Under the pieces are notes generated by a model. The model did not search any database. It was given only the letters and a program-made list of their open reading frames with translations, and was not told where the DNA came from. This document shows, in pieces, positions 1-11,025 of a DNA stretch of 64,000 nt; position 1 is the first letter of the stretch, and the number at the start of each line of letters is the position of its first letter. Source of the stretch: Trichormus sp. ATA11-4-KO1 (GTDB lineage Bacteria > Cyanobacteriota > Cyanobacteriia > Cyanobacteriales > Nostocaceae). A program made the position numbers and the translations under genes. The stretch lies in NCBI GenBank assembly GCA_019358915.1, contig JAHHIM010000065.1, positions 256,001 to 320,000 on the forward strand, written 5' to 3'.

Positions 1-313
1 TCGGCAATGCTTCCTCGTAACCTGCCTTGGCTTGCAGTAGCAAATCAGTTCCCCCATCCGGTATTATCTGTAACGTCCCTGACATCCCCACTTGGGCGCG
101 GGCTTGCAACAGGGGATATTCCTCACCACACATCTGATACGCCCGGTAATACAAGGAAACTGCATTGCGCAAATCTTGGGCAGTTTTGGGCTTTTTTTGA
201 AAGCCTTGCGCCATCTCAATCAGCATCTGGATTTTTTCTGCTGTCGTCGCTGACTCTGATCCGATGGCGGAGATCGCTGCCTTCACTGCTGAATCTGTAA
301 TACTGGGATTCAT
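1..313 (-). CDS. TPR-like protein of the hup/hyp maturation region, divergent from hupS (partial, runs off the window edge)
   Basis: Manual translation from ATG at 313: MNPSITDSAVKAAISAIGSESATTAEKIQMLIEMAQGFQKKPKTAQDLRNAVSLYYRAYQMCGEEYPLLQARAQVGM..., open to base 1. Helical-repeat character, and the position matches the conserved ORFs between hupS and the hyp genes. Confidence 0.7.
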   Translation of the reverse strand, partial: MNPSITDSAVKAAISAIGSESATTAEKIQMLIEMAQGFQKKPKTAQDLRNAVSLYYRAYQMCGEEYPLLQARAQVGMSGTLQIIPDGGTDLLLQAKAGYEEALP

Positions 314-439
314 AACTGCCGTATTCTCACCAATTGGGGAATTGAGTCTGTCAACGCCCCCCAAAAATAGAAACACGCTGAATGTGTCTACTCAGGGGCT
401 ATACCGATTTACGCAGTTTTGAGTCCCGATTGATAATTC

Positions 440-453
440 GTAATTACTTTTAC
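440..453. promoter_or_regulatory. Candidate NtcA box upstream of hupS
   Basis: GTA-ATTACTTT-TAC fits GTA-N8-TAC in the divergent intergenic region; AT-rich context makes a chance match possible. Confidence 0.4.
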
Positions 454-937
454 CTAAAATGGAGTGAATCAATTTTTTTACTATAAAACAATCTCTTGAT
501 AAATTTCTAGGGGGTAATTGCGAATATCCAATGTCAGCAAAAAATACCTGATATTTTCACAATACTTTTGATAGAATTGCCTGACATTATTTAACTATTT
601 TATATTGAATTCTTGACATATAACTTGCAATACTTAATTTTTATTTAACGAAATAAAAATATCTAAAAATTTAGATTATATTGAAAAATAAATATTGATA
701 AACAGGTGAAACTCTCCAAGCTCTATCACCTAAATCATACATGATGAAGAGTGCTGAGTTAAAAAACCGCCCACACTTCGGCAAGGCTCAGTGACCACAA
801 TTCGCGTTCCTTGTACCAAGTATGAAAGTTCTTCCTTCTTCTTCTTTTGACTCAGCACTCCCCTTCGACTTCGCTCAGGGCAAGCGCACTCAGCACTCAG
901 CACTGAGTAAGGTAAACAATAGAAAAATATGTAGCTA

Positions 938-1900
<963 letters not shown>

Positions 1901-1943
1901 TTCGTAGTAAGCACTTTAGTGCTTATAAAAACAGGAGAAGAGA

Positions 1944-3539
<1,596 letters not shown>

Positions 3540-3601
3540 TTGATTTTTTAGCAGAGATACATGATAAGATAGAATAATTTGACAAAAATGCATAGCCACT
3601 T

Positions 3602-3832
3602 ATGAATTACAAAGACTACATCACGATCGAAGCGAATAAACGCGGTGGTAAGCCTTGTGTACGTGGGTTAAGAATTACAGTTTATGAAGTGCTTGAATAC
3701 CTAGCTTCCGAGATGACCGAAGCGGAAATTCTTGATGATTTCCCCGACCTGACGCGAGAAGATTTAAAAGCTTGTATTGCTTATGCGGCTGACCGTGAAC
3801 GTCGGCTGATGATTTCTCCATTATCAGCATGA
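3602..3832 (+). CDS. DUF433 family antitoxin-like protein
   Basis: GGKPCVRGLRITV...ILDDFPDLTREDLKACIAYA signature; 4-bp overlap with the PIN-like gene. Confidence 0.9.
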   Translation: MNYKDYITIEANKRGGKPCVRGLRITVYEVLEYLASEMTEAEILDDFPDLTREDLKACIAYAADRERRLMISPLSA

Positions 3833-4161
3833 AATTACTGTTTGATGAAAACTTATCCCCTAAATTATCCACCCGTTTGAGCGATCTTTTTCCAGACTCA
3901 CTTCATGTTCGAGATGTAGGCATGAAAGCAACCATAGACCCGATAGTTTGGAATTATGCAAAAGATAATGATTTGATGATCGTCTCAAAAGATGCTGATA
4001 TGCACGATCTGAGTTTACTGTTTGGGAATCCCCCAAAAGTTATCTGGCTTAGACTTGGAAACTGTTCTACCTTACAAGTGGAAAATTTATTGCGTCGGGA
4101 GTTCAGCACAATCAAATTATTTTATGAAGATGAAACTTCATCATTGCTTGCCTTCTCATAA
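3829..4161 (+). CDS. DUF5615 PIN-like toxin
   Basis: MKLLFDENLS...IVSKDADM...GNPPKVIWLRLGN; paired with DUF433. Confidence 0.88.
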   Translation: MKLLFDENLSPKLSTRLSDLFPDSLHVRDVGMKATIDPIVWNYAKDNDLMIVSKDADMHDLSLLFGNPPKVIWLRLGNCSTLQVENLLRREFSTIKLFYEDETSSLLAFS

Positions 4162-4174
4162 TTGGAAAGCAGAG

Positions 4175-4270
4175 GGGTTAGTTGAATTAGCAGAATTTTT
4201 ATCTTTGCTGCAATTATGATCGCAGTGTGTAATCAAGCATGAATGACAAGCGATCGCACACCAAAACCAG
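4175..4270 (+). repeat. TA-array spacer repeat, copy R1 (partial)
   Basis: GGGTTAGTTGAATTAGCAGAATTTTTATCTTTGC...GTGTGTAATCAAGCATGAATGACAAGCGATCGCAC matches R2 and R3. Confidence 0.9.
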
Positions 4271-4317
4271 CACAGGCGATCACACCATAGATTGATATAT
4301 TTGAGTGAGTCAAGTTA

Positions 4318-4614
4318 CTAGTTTCGCGTCTGCCAAATTTTGGCATCTCTCCGCCCGTGAAAAATTGCTATGACAATAATTCGACTTGACACAATCCGAT
4401 AGTAAATAGCATAAGGGAAGCGTTGTAAAACAGCCCGATGAACATCGTTATACACGACAGCATAAGACTCTGGCATTTGGCAAATTTTATTGATAATCTC
4501 ATCTACGCAGCCTAAAAATTCGTCGCCCAGCCCTGCTTGCTGATTTTCGTACCAAGTATATGCATCATCAAGTTCTTCAAGAACCTCTGGACGAAACACC
4601 AACACATAATTCAT
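4318..4614 (-). CDS. RelE/ParE family toxin
   Basis: AYTWYENQQAGLGDEF...RFPYAIYY...IIVIAIFHGRRD motifs. Confidence 0.9.
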   Translation of the reverse strand: MNYVLVFRPEVLEELDDAYTWYENQQAGLGDEFLGCVDEIINKICQMPESYAVVYNDVHRAVLQRFPYAIYYRIVSSRIIVIAIFHGRRDAKIWQTRN

Positions 4615-4835
4615 TATTGTCTTTTAATGGCAGCTTTAATTTCTTCCCATGTCATCACGTTATCTGGATGAGCTTCATAATCATTAATCCGACGCTCAAG
4701 CTCTTGTTGTTGTGCTGCTGTGACATTTGGATAAATCTGTTCTGCGGCGATACTTTCCCAAATGGCTTGTACAAAACGAAGGCGTTCTTCAATGCTCAGA
4801 GATTTAATCTCATTTAACGTGGCTGTAAAATCCAT
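4614..4835 (-). CDS. Addiction module component (antitoxin)
   Basis: LSIEERLRFVQAIWESI...QQELERR...TWEEIK; start placed at ATG 4835; coupled to the toxin. Confidence 0.87.
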   Translation of the reverse strand: MDFTATLNEIKSLSIEERLRFVQAIWESIAAEQIYPNVTAAQQQELERRINDYEAHPDNVMTWEEIKAAIKRQ

Positions 4836-4948
4836 GTTTATCAATCCAAAGGGAGAAATGTGATGTCAATCCAAAGAGAAAAATGTAATGTCAATATATC
4901 TTAAATATAACGTTAGTTCGATAACTTGAAAAAACCTCTCTCCTGCAA

Positions 4949-5112
4949 ATGGATAGTCAAGATGCAGGAAAAAATGTGACTCCAGCAGAACGACGGGACA
5001 CAAAAGGGTTAATTGAGTTAGCAGAATTTTTATCTTTGCGGCAATTGCGATCGCAGTGTGTAATCAAGCATGAATGACAAGCGATCGCACATAAAAACCA
5101 CTACAGACTATA
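4949..5112 (+). repeat. TA-array spacer repeat, copy R2 (full length)
   Basis: ATGGATAGTCAAGATGCAGGAAAA...CCACTACAGACTAT; HIP1 sites at 5047-5054 and 5081-5088. Confidence 0.92.
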
Positions 5113-5157
5113 TTGATTTACACTAAACTTAGTTTATAGACTTAGTTTATAAATTTC

Positions 5158-5403
5158 ATGGAAAGTGTAAATATCCATCAAGCTAAAACAAATCTCTCAA
5201 AGCTGTTATCACGGGTAGAACTGGGAGAAGAAATAATTATCTCTAACCGAGGTGTTCCCATCGCCAAGTTAGTTCCTTTTCATACTTCATCAAACCGACT
5301 CAATAGTTTAGGGCAAGATCAAGGGCGTTTCGTAGTACCAGATGATTTCAACGCTCCTTTACCGGAAGAAATTTTGGCAGCATTTGAGGGCGGTGAAGAG
5401 TGA
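5158..5403 (+). CDS. Phd/YefM family antitoxin
   Basis: VNIHQAKTNLSKLL...GEEIIISNRGVPIAKLVP...DDFNAPLP. Confidence 0.92.
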   Translation: MESVNIHQAKTNLSKLLSRVELGEEIIISNRGVPIAKLVPFHTSSNRLNSLGQDQGRFVVPDDFNAPLPEEILAAFEGGEE

Positions 5404-5798
5404 GACTCTTGCTAGATACACAGTGCTGGTTATGGTGGTTTGCTCAACCAGAGCGTTTGAATGAAGAAGCGATCGCCTGTATTGTTGATAAAACCAATGA
5501 ATTATGGCTATCAGTGGCCAGCATTTGGGAAATGGGGATAAAAGTTGCGATCGGCAAGTTACCACTAGCAGATCCCTTAGATAGTTATATTTCTAGTCGG
5601 ATGACACTTTTGGGAGTGCGATCTTTAGAAATTACAGCTTCTCAGGCTTTACGAGCAGCTGCATTGCCTTTGCATCATCGAGATCCTTTTGACAGAATGT
5701 TGATTGCACAGGCTCAGATAGAAAACATGACACTTGTGAGTGCTGATTCAATGTTCAATCAGTACGACGTTCCCCTGCTTTGGGCAGCCAAATCTTGA
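5400..5798 (+). CDS. vapC: VapC PIN-domain toxin
   Basis: LLLDTQ...SVASIWEMGIK...HHRDPFDRMLIAQA...SAD. Confidence 0.93.
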   Translation: MRLLLDTQCWLWWFAQPERLNEEAIACIVDKTNELWLSVASIWEMGIKVAIGKLPLADPLDSYISSRMTLLGVRSLEITASQALRAAALPLHHRDPFDRMLIAQAQIENMTLVSADSMFNQYDVPLLWAAKS

Positions 5799-5809
5799 GA
5801 TTCTAACTT

Positions 5810-5946
5810 ATGGATAGTCAAGATGCAGGAAAAGATGCAACTCCAGCAGAACGACGGGATGCAAAAGGGTTAGTTGAGTTAGCAGAATTTTTATCTTTGC
5901 GGCAATTGCGATCGCAGTGTGTAATCAAGCATGAATGAAAAGCGAT
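5810..5946 (+). repeat. TA-array spacer repeat, copy R3, 5' part (its 3' part resumes at 6266-6294)
   Basis: Near-identical to R2 up to the second HIP1 position (AGCGAT). The remaining GATCGCACACAAAAACCACTACAGACTAT appears at 6266-6294. Confidence 0.9.
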
Positions 5947-6155
5947 ACTTGAGCTAAAGCTTCATCTCCTGATATGGGTTGTATAGAACCACTTCTAATT
6001 TCATCTCGCCGCCTTTTAGCTTCAGTAATCCCAGCCGCTTGAATTGCGGGATCTGTATCAAATTCCAAGCTTTCGATGATTTTTTCTGCTAAAAGCGCCC
6101 TCGATGCACTAGGCAAGGATAAAATTTCTTCTGTTAGTTGCTCGATTGACCGCAT
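5925..6155 (-). pseudogene. Orphan addiction-module antitoxin whose C-terminus is supplied by the repeat
   Basis: MRSIEQLTEEILSLPSASRALLAEKIIESL...EAKRRRDEIRSG...GDEALAQV; the last codons and stop lie inside R3, and no cognate toxin follows. Confidence 0.7.
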
Positions 6156-6402
6156 AGCTTGTGGCAAGAAGCTGAGGTTTGCTTAAAGTTTAACATGACG
6201 GCAAACGAAACTTTGTATTATGATTTTTAGCTAAAAGCGGTAAGCGTTAACCACACCTTTAAGCTGATCGCACACAAAAACCACTACAGACTATTTGCAT
6301 TTAACAGCAGTAAAATATGTAATTCATTTGCTCTGTGACTCGACCTTAATCTATTCTTATCAAATATAAAGAAAGATTAAGATGATTGGTGTGTAGGAAA
6401 TC

Positions 6403-7620
6403 ATGATCAAGATGTTAGCTCCAAGTAATTGGGTTTTGGTAAACACCTGTTTGCAGTTTGCTGGTTGGGGAGTCTTTTCTCTTGCGCTTGCAGAGGTATT
6501 AAGAGATAGCTACCATGTTTTGTGTCACCAAGTCGGATGGCTTTCTCAATGGCACAACAAGCACCACATGGTATATCGGCGAGATTTATCAATAGTGTCT
6601 CTGAAAGCTTACCAAGATTCCCAGCTCTATCACGATATCTTCGAGTCGAGTCTATTGGTAATTGTATTGACACTGATTGCCTTATTTGTTCATCAAATGG
6701 GGTTATGGCTGGGAGTAGTATATGGCTTTACCTTCTTGTTTGGTGCTTCGCTGCGATATTTCCAGGGAAAAATCGATACAGACTACAACCATCTACCCGG
6801 CCCTTTACAAATCATTCCATCCGTTTGGTGGGTGAATCGGTCTTATCATTGGCGGCATCATTTTGATAATGTCAATGCCTACTACAGTGGTGTCTTTCCT
6901 TTAGTGGATAAAATACTGGGTACCGCATTATCTCTCAAGGGTAAAACCGTCGCTTTAACTGGAGCATCAGGCGCTCTCGGGCAAGCTTTGGCGGCTGAAC
7001 TGCTCAAGCACAATGCTAAAGTGGTGGCATTAACCACTAACCCAGAAAAATTAGCAACGCACACTGAGTTAAAGGTGGTTTCCTGGGAGTTGGGTCATGA
7101 AGCTCAACTAAAGGATTGTTTAGCAAAAATTGATATTTTAATTATTAACCACGGCGTTAATGTCTACGCTAGCCGTACATCTCAGGCTATCAATTCTTCT
7201 TATGAAGTTAATACTTTCTCGGCATTGCGGTTAATGGATATATTTTTAACCACGGTAACAGGGCCACAAGCAAAGGCAACAAAAGAAATCTGGGTTAATA
7301 CTTCTGAGGCTGAGGTTTCCCCGGCGTTAAGTCCGCTTTATGAACTCAGTAAACGCACATTAGGAGACATTGTGACTCTCAAGCGGTTGGATGGTAATTG
7401 TATTGTTCGCAAGTTAATCCTCGGGCCGTTTAAGAGTCAACTTAATCCTTATGGAGTGATGTCAGCGCCGCAAGTGGCTCGTGCCATTTTGTTTTTAGCA
7501 CGAAGAGATTACCGAAATATCATTGTGACAATCAATCCTCTCACTTATATACTTTTTCCTTTAAAGGAAACTACTACATGGCTGTATTACCGAATTTTTA
7601 GCAAAACAGCCAAGAGTTAG
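6403..7620 (+). CDS. Bifunctional sterol desaturase / short-chain dehydrogenase
   Basis: His boxes HNKHH and HWRHH plus Rossmann TGASGALG and YELSK motifs. Confidence 0.9.
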   Translation: MIKMLAPSNWVLVNTCLQFAGWGVFSLALAEVLRDSYHVLCHQVGWLSQWHNKHHMVYRRDLSIVSLKAYQDSQLYHDIFESSLLVIVLTLIALFVHQMGLWLGVVYGFTFLFGASLRYFQGKIDTDYNHLPGPLQIIPSVWWVNRSYHWRHHFDNVNAYYSGVFPLVDKILGTALSLKGKTVALTGASGALGQALAAELLKHNAKVVALTTNPEKLATHTELKVVSWELGHEAQLKDCLAKIDILIINHGVNVYASRTSQAINSSYEVNTFSALRLMDIFLTTVTGPQAKATKEIWVNTSEAEVSPALSPLYELSKRTLGDIVTLKRLDGNCIVRKLILGPFKSQLNPYGVMSAPQVARAILFLARRDYRNIIVTINPLTYILFPLKETTTWLYYRIFSKTAKS

Positions 7621-7941
7621 AGCAAGGCTGAGATTTGAGATATCTTCCACCAGGCAACGGTCATACCAGGCTACACAGACGAGGCGTTCGTGAGCCTGTA
7701 GGCTTATCCTTACCGTATGCAAGTGGGTAGAATGTGCGCCTCCTTGCAGAAAAAGGTAAACATGTATTAGGCTATGCAAGAACCAACGTACAGAAAGCTC
7801 TTAATCCATCAGTAAGGGAAAGTATTTGCTGTCACATCTATTGCTGAATACATCTTTGAAGAAGAACCCAAACAGCTTGATTTATTGAACACACTTTCCT
7901 TGTTATACGCAGGGTAAGCAGTAATTAAGGAGGAAGACAGT

Positions 7942-8466
7942 ATGTTAAAGCAACTTTTAAAAGGTAGCTCTGTGTTAGTTTTTTTGGTTGCAGGCAACCT
8001 TTCTGCTCTAGCAGAAACTCCAGAATCACAATCTCAACCTCAAGCGCCTCAAGTGCAAGAGGTACCTCAAGTTCCAGAATCTCAAGCACAAGATGTCAGC
8101 ACAGAAGAACTACAGCAATTTGCCAACGTCATCCCCAAGTTGCAGGAAATTGGTCAAACAGCGCAGCAGAAATTTGCACAAGCAATCCAACAATCAGGTC
8201 TGAGTATAGAAAGATTTCAAGAGCTTTCCCAAACACAGCAGTCGCCTGAGGCTAACCCATCTACACCAGCAACTCCAGAGGAGCAAAAATCCTTTAACCA
8301 AGCGTCCTCCCAAATACAGTCAATCGAACAAGAAACCCTATCTCAACAAGAGCAAGTAGTCCGAGAGGGTGGGTTAGAACCGAGGCGCTTCAGTCAGATA
8401 TTGGTTGCCATTCAGCAAAATCCAGCTTTGCAACAGCAGGTACAGCAGCTTATTCAACAAAATTAG
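7942..8466 (+). CDS. DUF4168 domain secreted protein
   Basis: Signal peptide; VSTEELQQFA...GLSIERFQE...PALQQQVQQ pattern. Confidence 0.75.
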   Translation: MLKQLLKGSSVLVFLVAGNLSALAETPESQSQPQAPQVQEVPQVPESQAQDVSTEELQQFANVIPKLQEIGQTAQQKFAQAIQQSGLSIERFQELSQTQQSPEANPSTPATPEEQKSFNQASSQIQSIEQETLSQQEQVVREGGLEPRRFSQILVAIQQNPALQQQVQQLIQQN

Positions 8467-8477
8467 TAACTTTATAG

Positions 8478-8508
8478 CCACCTGAATTCAAGTATCTCTC
8501 AGGTGGCA
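8478..8508 (+). terminator. Stem-loop after the DUF4168 gene
   Basis: GCCACCTGA...TCAGGTGGC inverted repeat just after the stop codon. Confidence 0.55.
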
Positions 8509-8577
8509 ATGACTCCCATACTTGCACAGTAAACTCTAAAACTTTCTTTTGTTAAAGCTTGCAAAAAAAACACGCAC

Positions 8578-8817
8578 TATAGCAATCCTCAATCATTTGA
8601 GAAAGAAATAGCTAAAAAGCTTATAGCAATTCCCAGTTAAGTGAGGTACAGAACTAATGTTTTTCAACGCAGAGCGGCGCTAAGGGAGCGCAGAGTTATG
8701 CAAAGATTGCCCAATTTTATTAGCGATGTAATCAGTACTTCAGCAGATTAGGAAACGCTATCTACAACACTTACTTTTTATCTGTATCTTTTCTCACGTT
8801 TTAACTAGGATTGCTAT
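8578..8817. mobile_element. Nested TA-flanked MITEs (inner element about 8622-8762)
   Basis: Outer ends TATAGCAATCCT...AGGATTGCTAT; inner ends TATAGCAATTCCC..GTGAGGTACA...GTACTTCAGCAGATTAGGAAACGCTAT. Confidence 0.75.
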
Positions 8818-8917
8818 TGTGCGCTTTCGTCACTTTCATCAGAAAAAAATCTTAAGACCCTGATTTTTCAGGACTTTTATGAATACAAGTGCTAAATTTT
8901 GTTAGCTGATTTAGTGA

Positions 8918-9292
8918 TCACGATTTAGTAAAAATCATCTTAAAAGCGATAAAAAGTAATGCTGTCCCAAATATCCTTCGCAAAAATACCTCTGGTATTC
9001 CAATGGCAAATTTAGCACCTAGCAATGCTCCCAAGAAAAAACCAACACAGACAAAGATAGTTACTTTTAAGTCTACATATCCCTGCTGGTAATAAGCCCA
9101 AGCTCCAAGTAAACTAATTGGTGGAACCATCAAAGCCAAGGTGGTTCCCTGGGCGCTATGCTGGGAAAAACCAAAAAAATAAACGAGTGCTGGTGTAATG
9201 AATACACCTCCTCCAATGCCAATTAATCCACTTAAAATTCCAGTTACGGAACCCAATATCAGATAAGCTATGGTAGCTGTCAAAATTTCCAT
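8918..9292 (-). CDS. TauE/SafE (TSUP) family membrane protein
   Basis: GILSGLIGIGGGVFITPAL...AQGTTLA; start placed at ATG 9292. Confidence 0.88.
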   Translation of the reverse strand: MEILTATIAYLILGSVTGILSGLIGIGGGVFITPALVYFFGFSQHSAQGTTLALMVPPISLLGAWAYYQQGYVDLKVTIFVCVGFFLGALLGAKFAIGIPEVFLRRIFGTALLFIAFKMIFTKS

Positions 9293-9726
9293 AATTACTT
9301 TTAAGCTAACAACCATCTGGATTTTACTAGGCACACAGACAAACCTTTCCTTCCTGAAATTTAATGGATTTGTCCAGTTTAGTTTTCAACCAAGACTTTC
9401 ATTTTTTGCGTGGTGACTGGTGTAGCTTGGTAACTTCCCCCACTCTTATTTGAGTTGCATTATACAATCATTGCTCCAGAGGAGGGTTGTAGTGGGGGAA
9501 ATTGTGAGCAGTTTACATTTGCTGATGGAAAGGCAAAGTGTTATTCAAAAACTTTATTTGATCGTGAGACTTTAAGCAATTAATTCACTTGATGCCGGGT
9601 ATGTTAACACAAGCCAATCAACTGAACAAGTTTTTGAGGTGCTTATGCCATTTTGACAAGAATGACTGTTACTTGAATTTGACAGAACCAATTATTTCTG
9701 TGCTTCCAAGTCGTGCAACTAAAGTA

Positions 9727-9891
9727 TTAGGGAGTCGTTGGTGGAGTAGCTTCTGGCGGTGCTGCTGGTGGAGTAGCTTCTGGCGGTGCTGCTGGTGGAG
9801 TAGTTTCCGGTGGAGTAGCAGTAGGCTGACAGGCACTCGTCAGCAAGGTTGCACCCAAAGCGGAAGCAAGAAAAGCAAATTTTATGTTCAT
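9727..9891 (-). CDS. Small Pro/Thr/Ala-rich lipoprotein (54 aa), absent from the ORF track
   Basis: MNIKFAFLASALGATLLTSACQPTATPPETTPPAAPPEATPPAAPPEATPPTTP*; GGAGAAG RBS, signal peptide with lipobox-like TSAC. Confidence 0.8.
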   Translation of the reverse strand: MNIKFAFLASALGATLLTSACQPTATPPETTPPAAPPEATPPAAPPEATPPTTP

Positions 9892-10288
9892 AACTTCTCC
9901 TTAAAAATAGTAGTGAACAGCATTATGGTACTAATTTGTACACTCTTTTTACTATGATAAATGTGTAATACAAGACAAGATTTATTGTACTGTGTTTCCG
10001 TAATTTGTGCCACCACTGGCTAGAAAATATAGTAATTAGAAATTCAAAATAAATAAGTCTATTGGGAGATTTTAAATGTGCGAATTTTGAATTAATTATA
10101 ATTCACTTATCTTGACAGATATGGCTGTTCAGCATAGATTAATAAGTCTGTACCAGCATGAATTTTAAATTACCACAACAAGTTTGCTAGTGATTAGCAG
10201 GTTTGTTGGATAAATAGCAAAGTTAAAAGTAAAAAGTACTACATAGTCAACGTCAGCAGAAAATGTTGTACTAAATTGCTGTAATTAT

Positions 10289-10341
10289 TTGACATCCCAG
10301 CATCAGTAGGAGTATATTAATAAATAACGAGCGTTCGATAT
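10289..10341 (+). promoter_or_regulatory. Putative tetR promoter and palindromic operator
   Basis: TTGACA (10289) ... TATATT (10313), then the imperfect palindrome ATAACGAGCGTTCGATAT (10324-10341). Confidence 0.55.
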
Positions 10342-10356
10342 AAATAAAGCCGAATC

Positions 10357-10962
10357 ATGCCTAAGATTGTTGACCATGACCAATACCGCAAAGAACTCCT
10401 GAGCAAGAGTTTTGATTTATTTGCCCAAAAAGGTTATGGTTCGGTCACCATGAGGCAAATTGCTCAAGGTTTAAATGTTTCTACTGGTACGCTTTATCAT
10501 TATTTTCCTAGTAAACAAGCTTTGTTTGAGCAATTAGTTGAGGAAATAAGTCAGCAAGATGTGAGTGCAGCACTGGCGGAGATGGCAGGCGCTAAAACGC
10601 TGCAAGAGTCGATGGCAGCACTGGGAAGATATCTAGTTAAAAATGAGGATTACTTTATTAAGTGGACTTATGTCTGGGTTGATTTTTGTCAGCATCAAGA
10701 CTCACAAGAAATCCGCAACAATGTTGTATTTAAACGTGCTAATCAAAGATATCAGCAGGCAGCTTGTGATTTTCTAGGTATTCAAGATGCAGTATTGGCA
10801 TCTTTTATATTGAGCTTTGTTAATGGTTTAATTATGGAGAAATTATGGGGTAATGAAATGATTGATTTTTCTGAACAATGTACATTGTTGGGTAAAATGC
10901 TGACGTTATATTTACAGCAAGAAAATTATCACAAAGCTGCTAATTTACAGCCATATAAATAA
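10357..10962 (+). CDS. TetR/AcrR family regulator
   Basis: N-terminal HTH: TMRQIAQGLNVSTGTLYHYFPSK. Confidence 0.95.
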   Translation: MPKIVDHDQYRKELLSKSFDLFAQKGYGSVTMRQIAQGLNVSTGTLYHYFPSKQALFEQLVEEISQQDVSAALAEMAGAKTLQESMAALGRYLVKNEDYFIKWTYVWVDFCQHQDSQEIRNNVVFKRANQRYQQAACDFLGIQDAVLASFILSFVNGLIMEKLWGNEMIDFSEQCTLLGKMLTLYLQQENYHKAANLQPYK

Positions 10963-11025
10963 TTAGGGTTTTAGTAATAATGTTAATTTCACGTATCAAA
11001 TAAGTGTGTTTATTGTGAGGGGAAA

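Noticed and set aside
4175..6294. CRISPR array interpretation of the TA-region repeats
   Set aside because: Repeats are over 90 bp, the intervening segments are whole genes of 300-700 bp, and there are no cas genes.
9589..9957. 122-aa plus-strand ORF with WWSSFWRCC repeats (possible RiPP-like peptide)
   Set aside because: It is the antisense shadow of the Pro-rich lipoprotein, which has the RBS and signal peptide.
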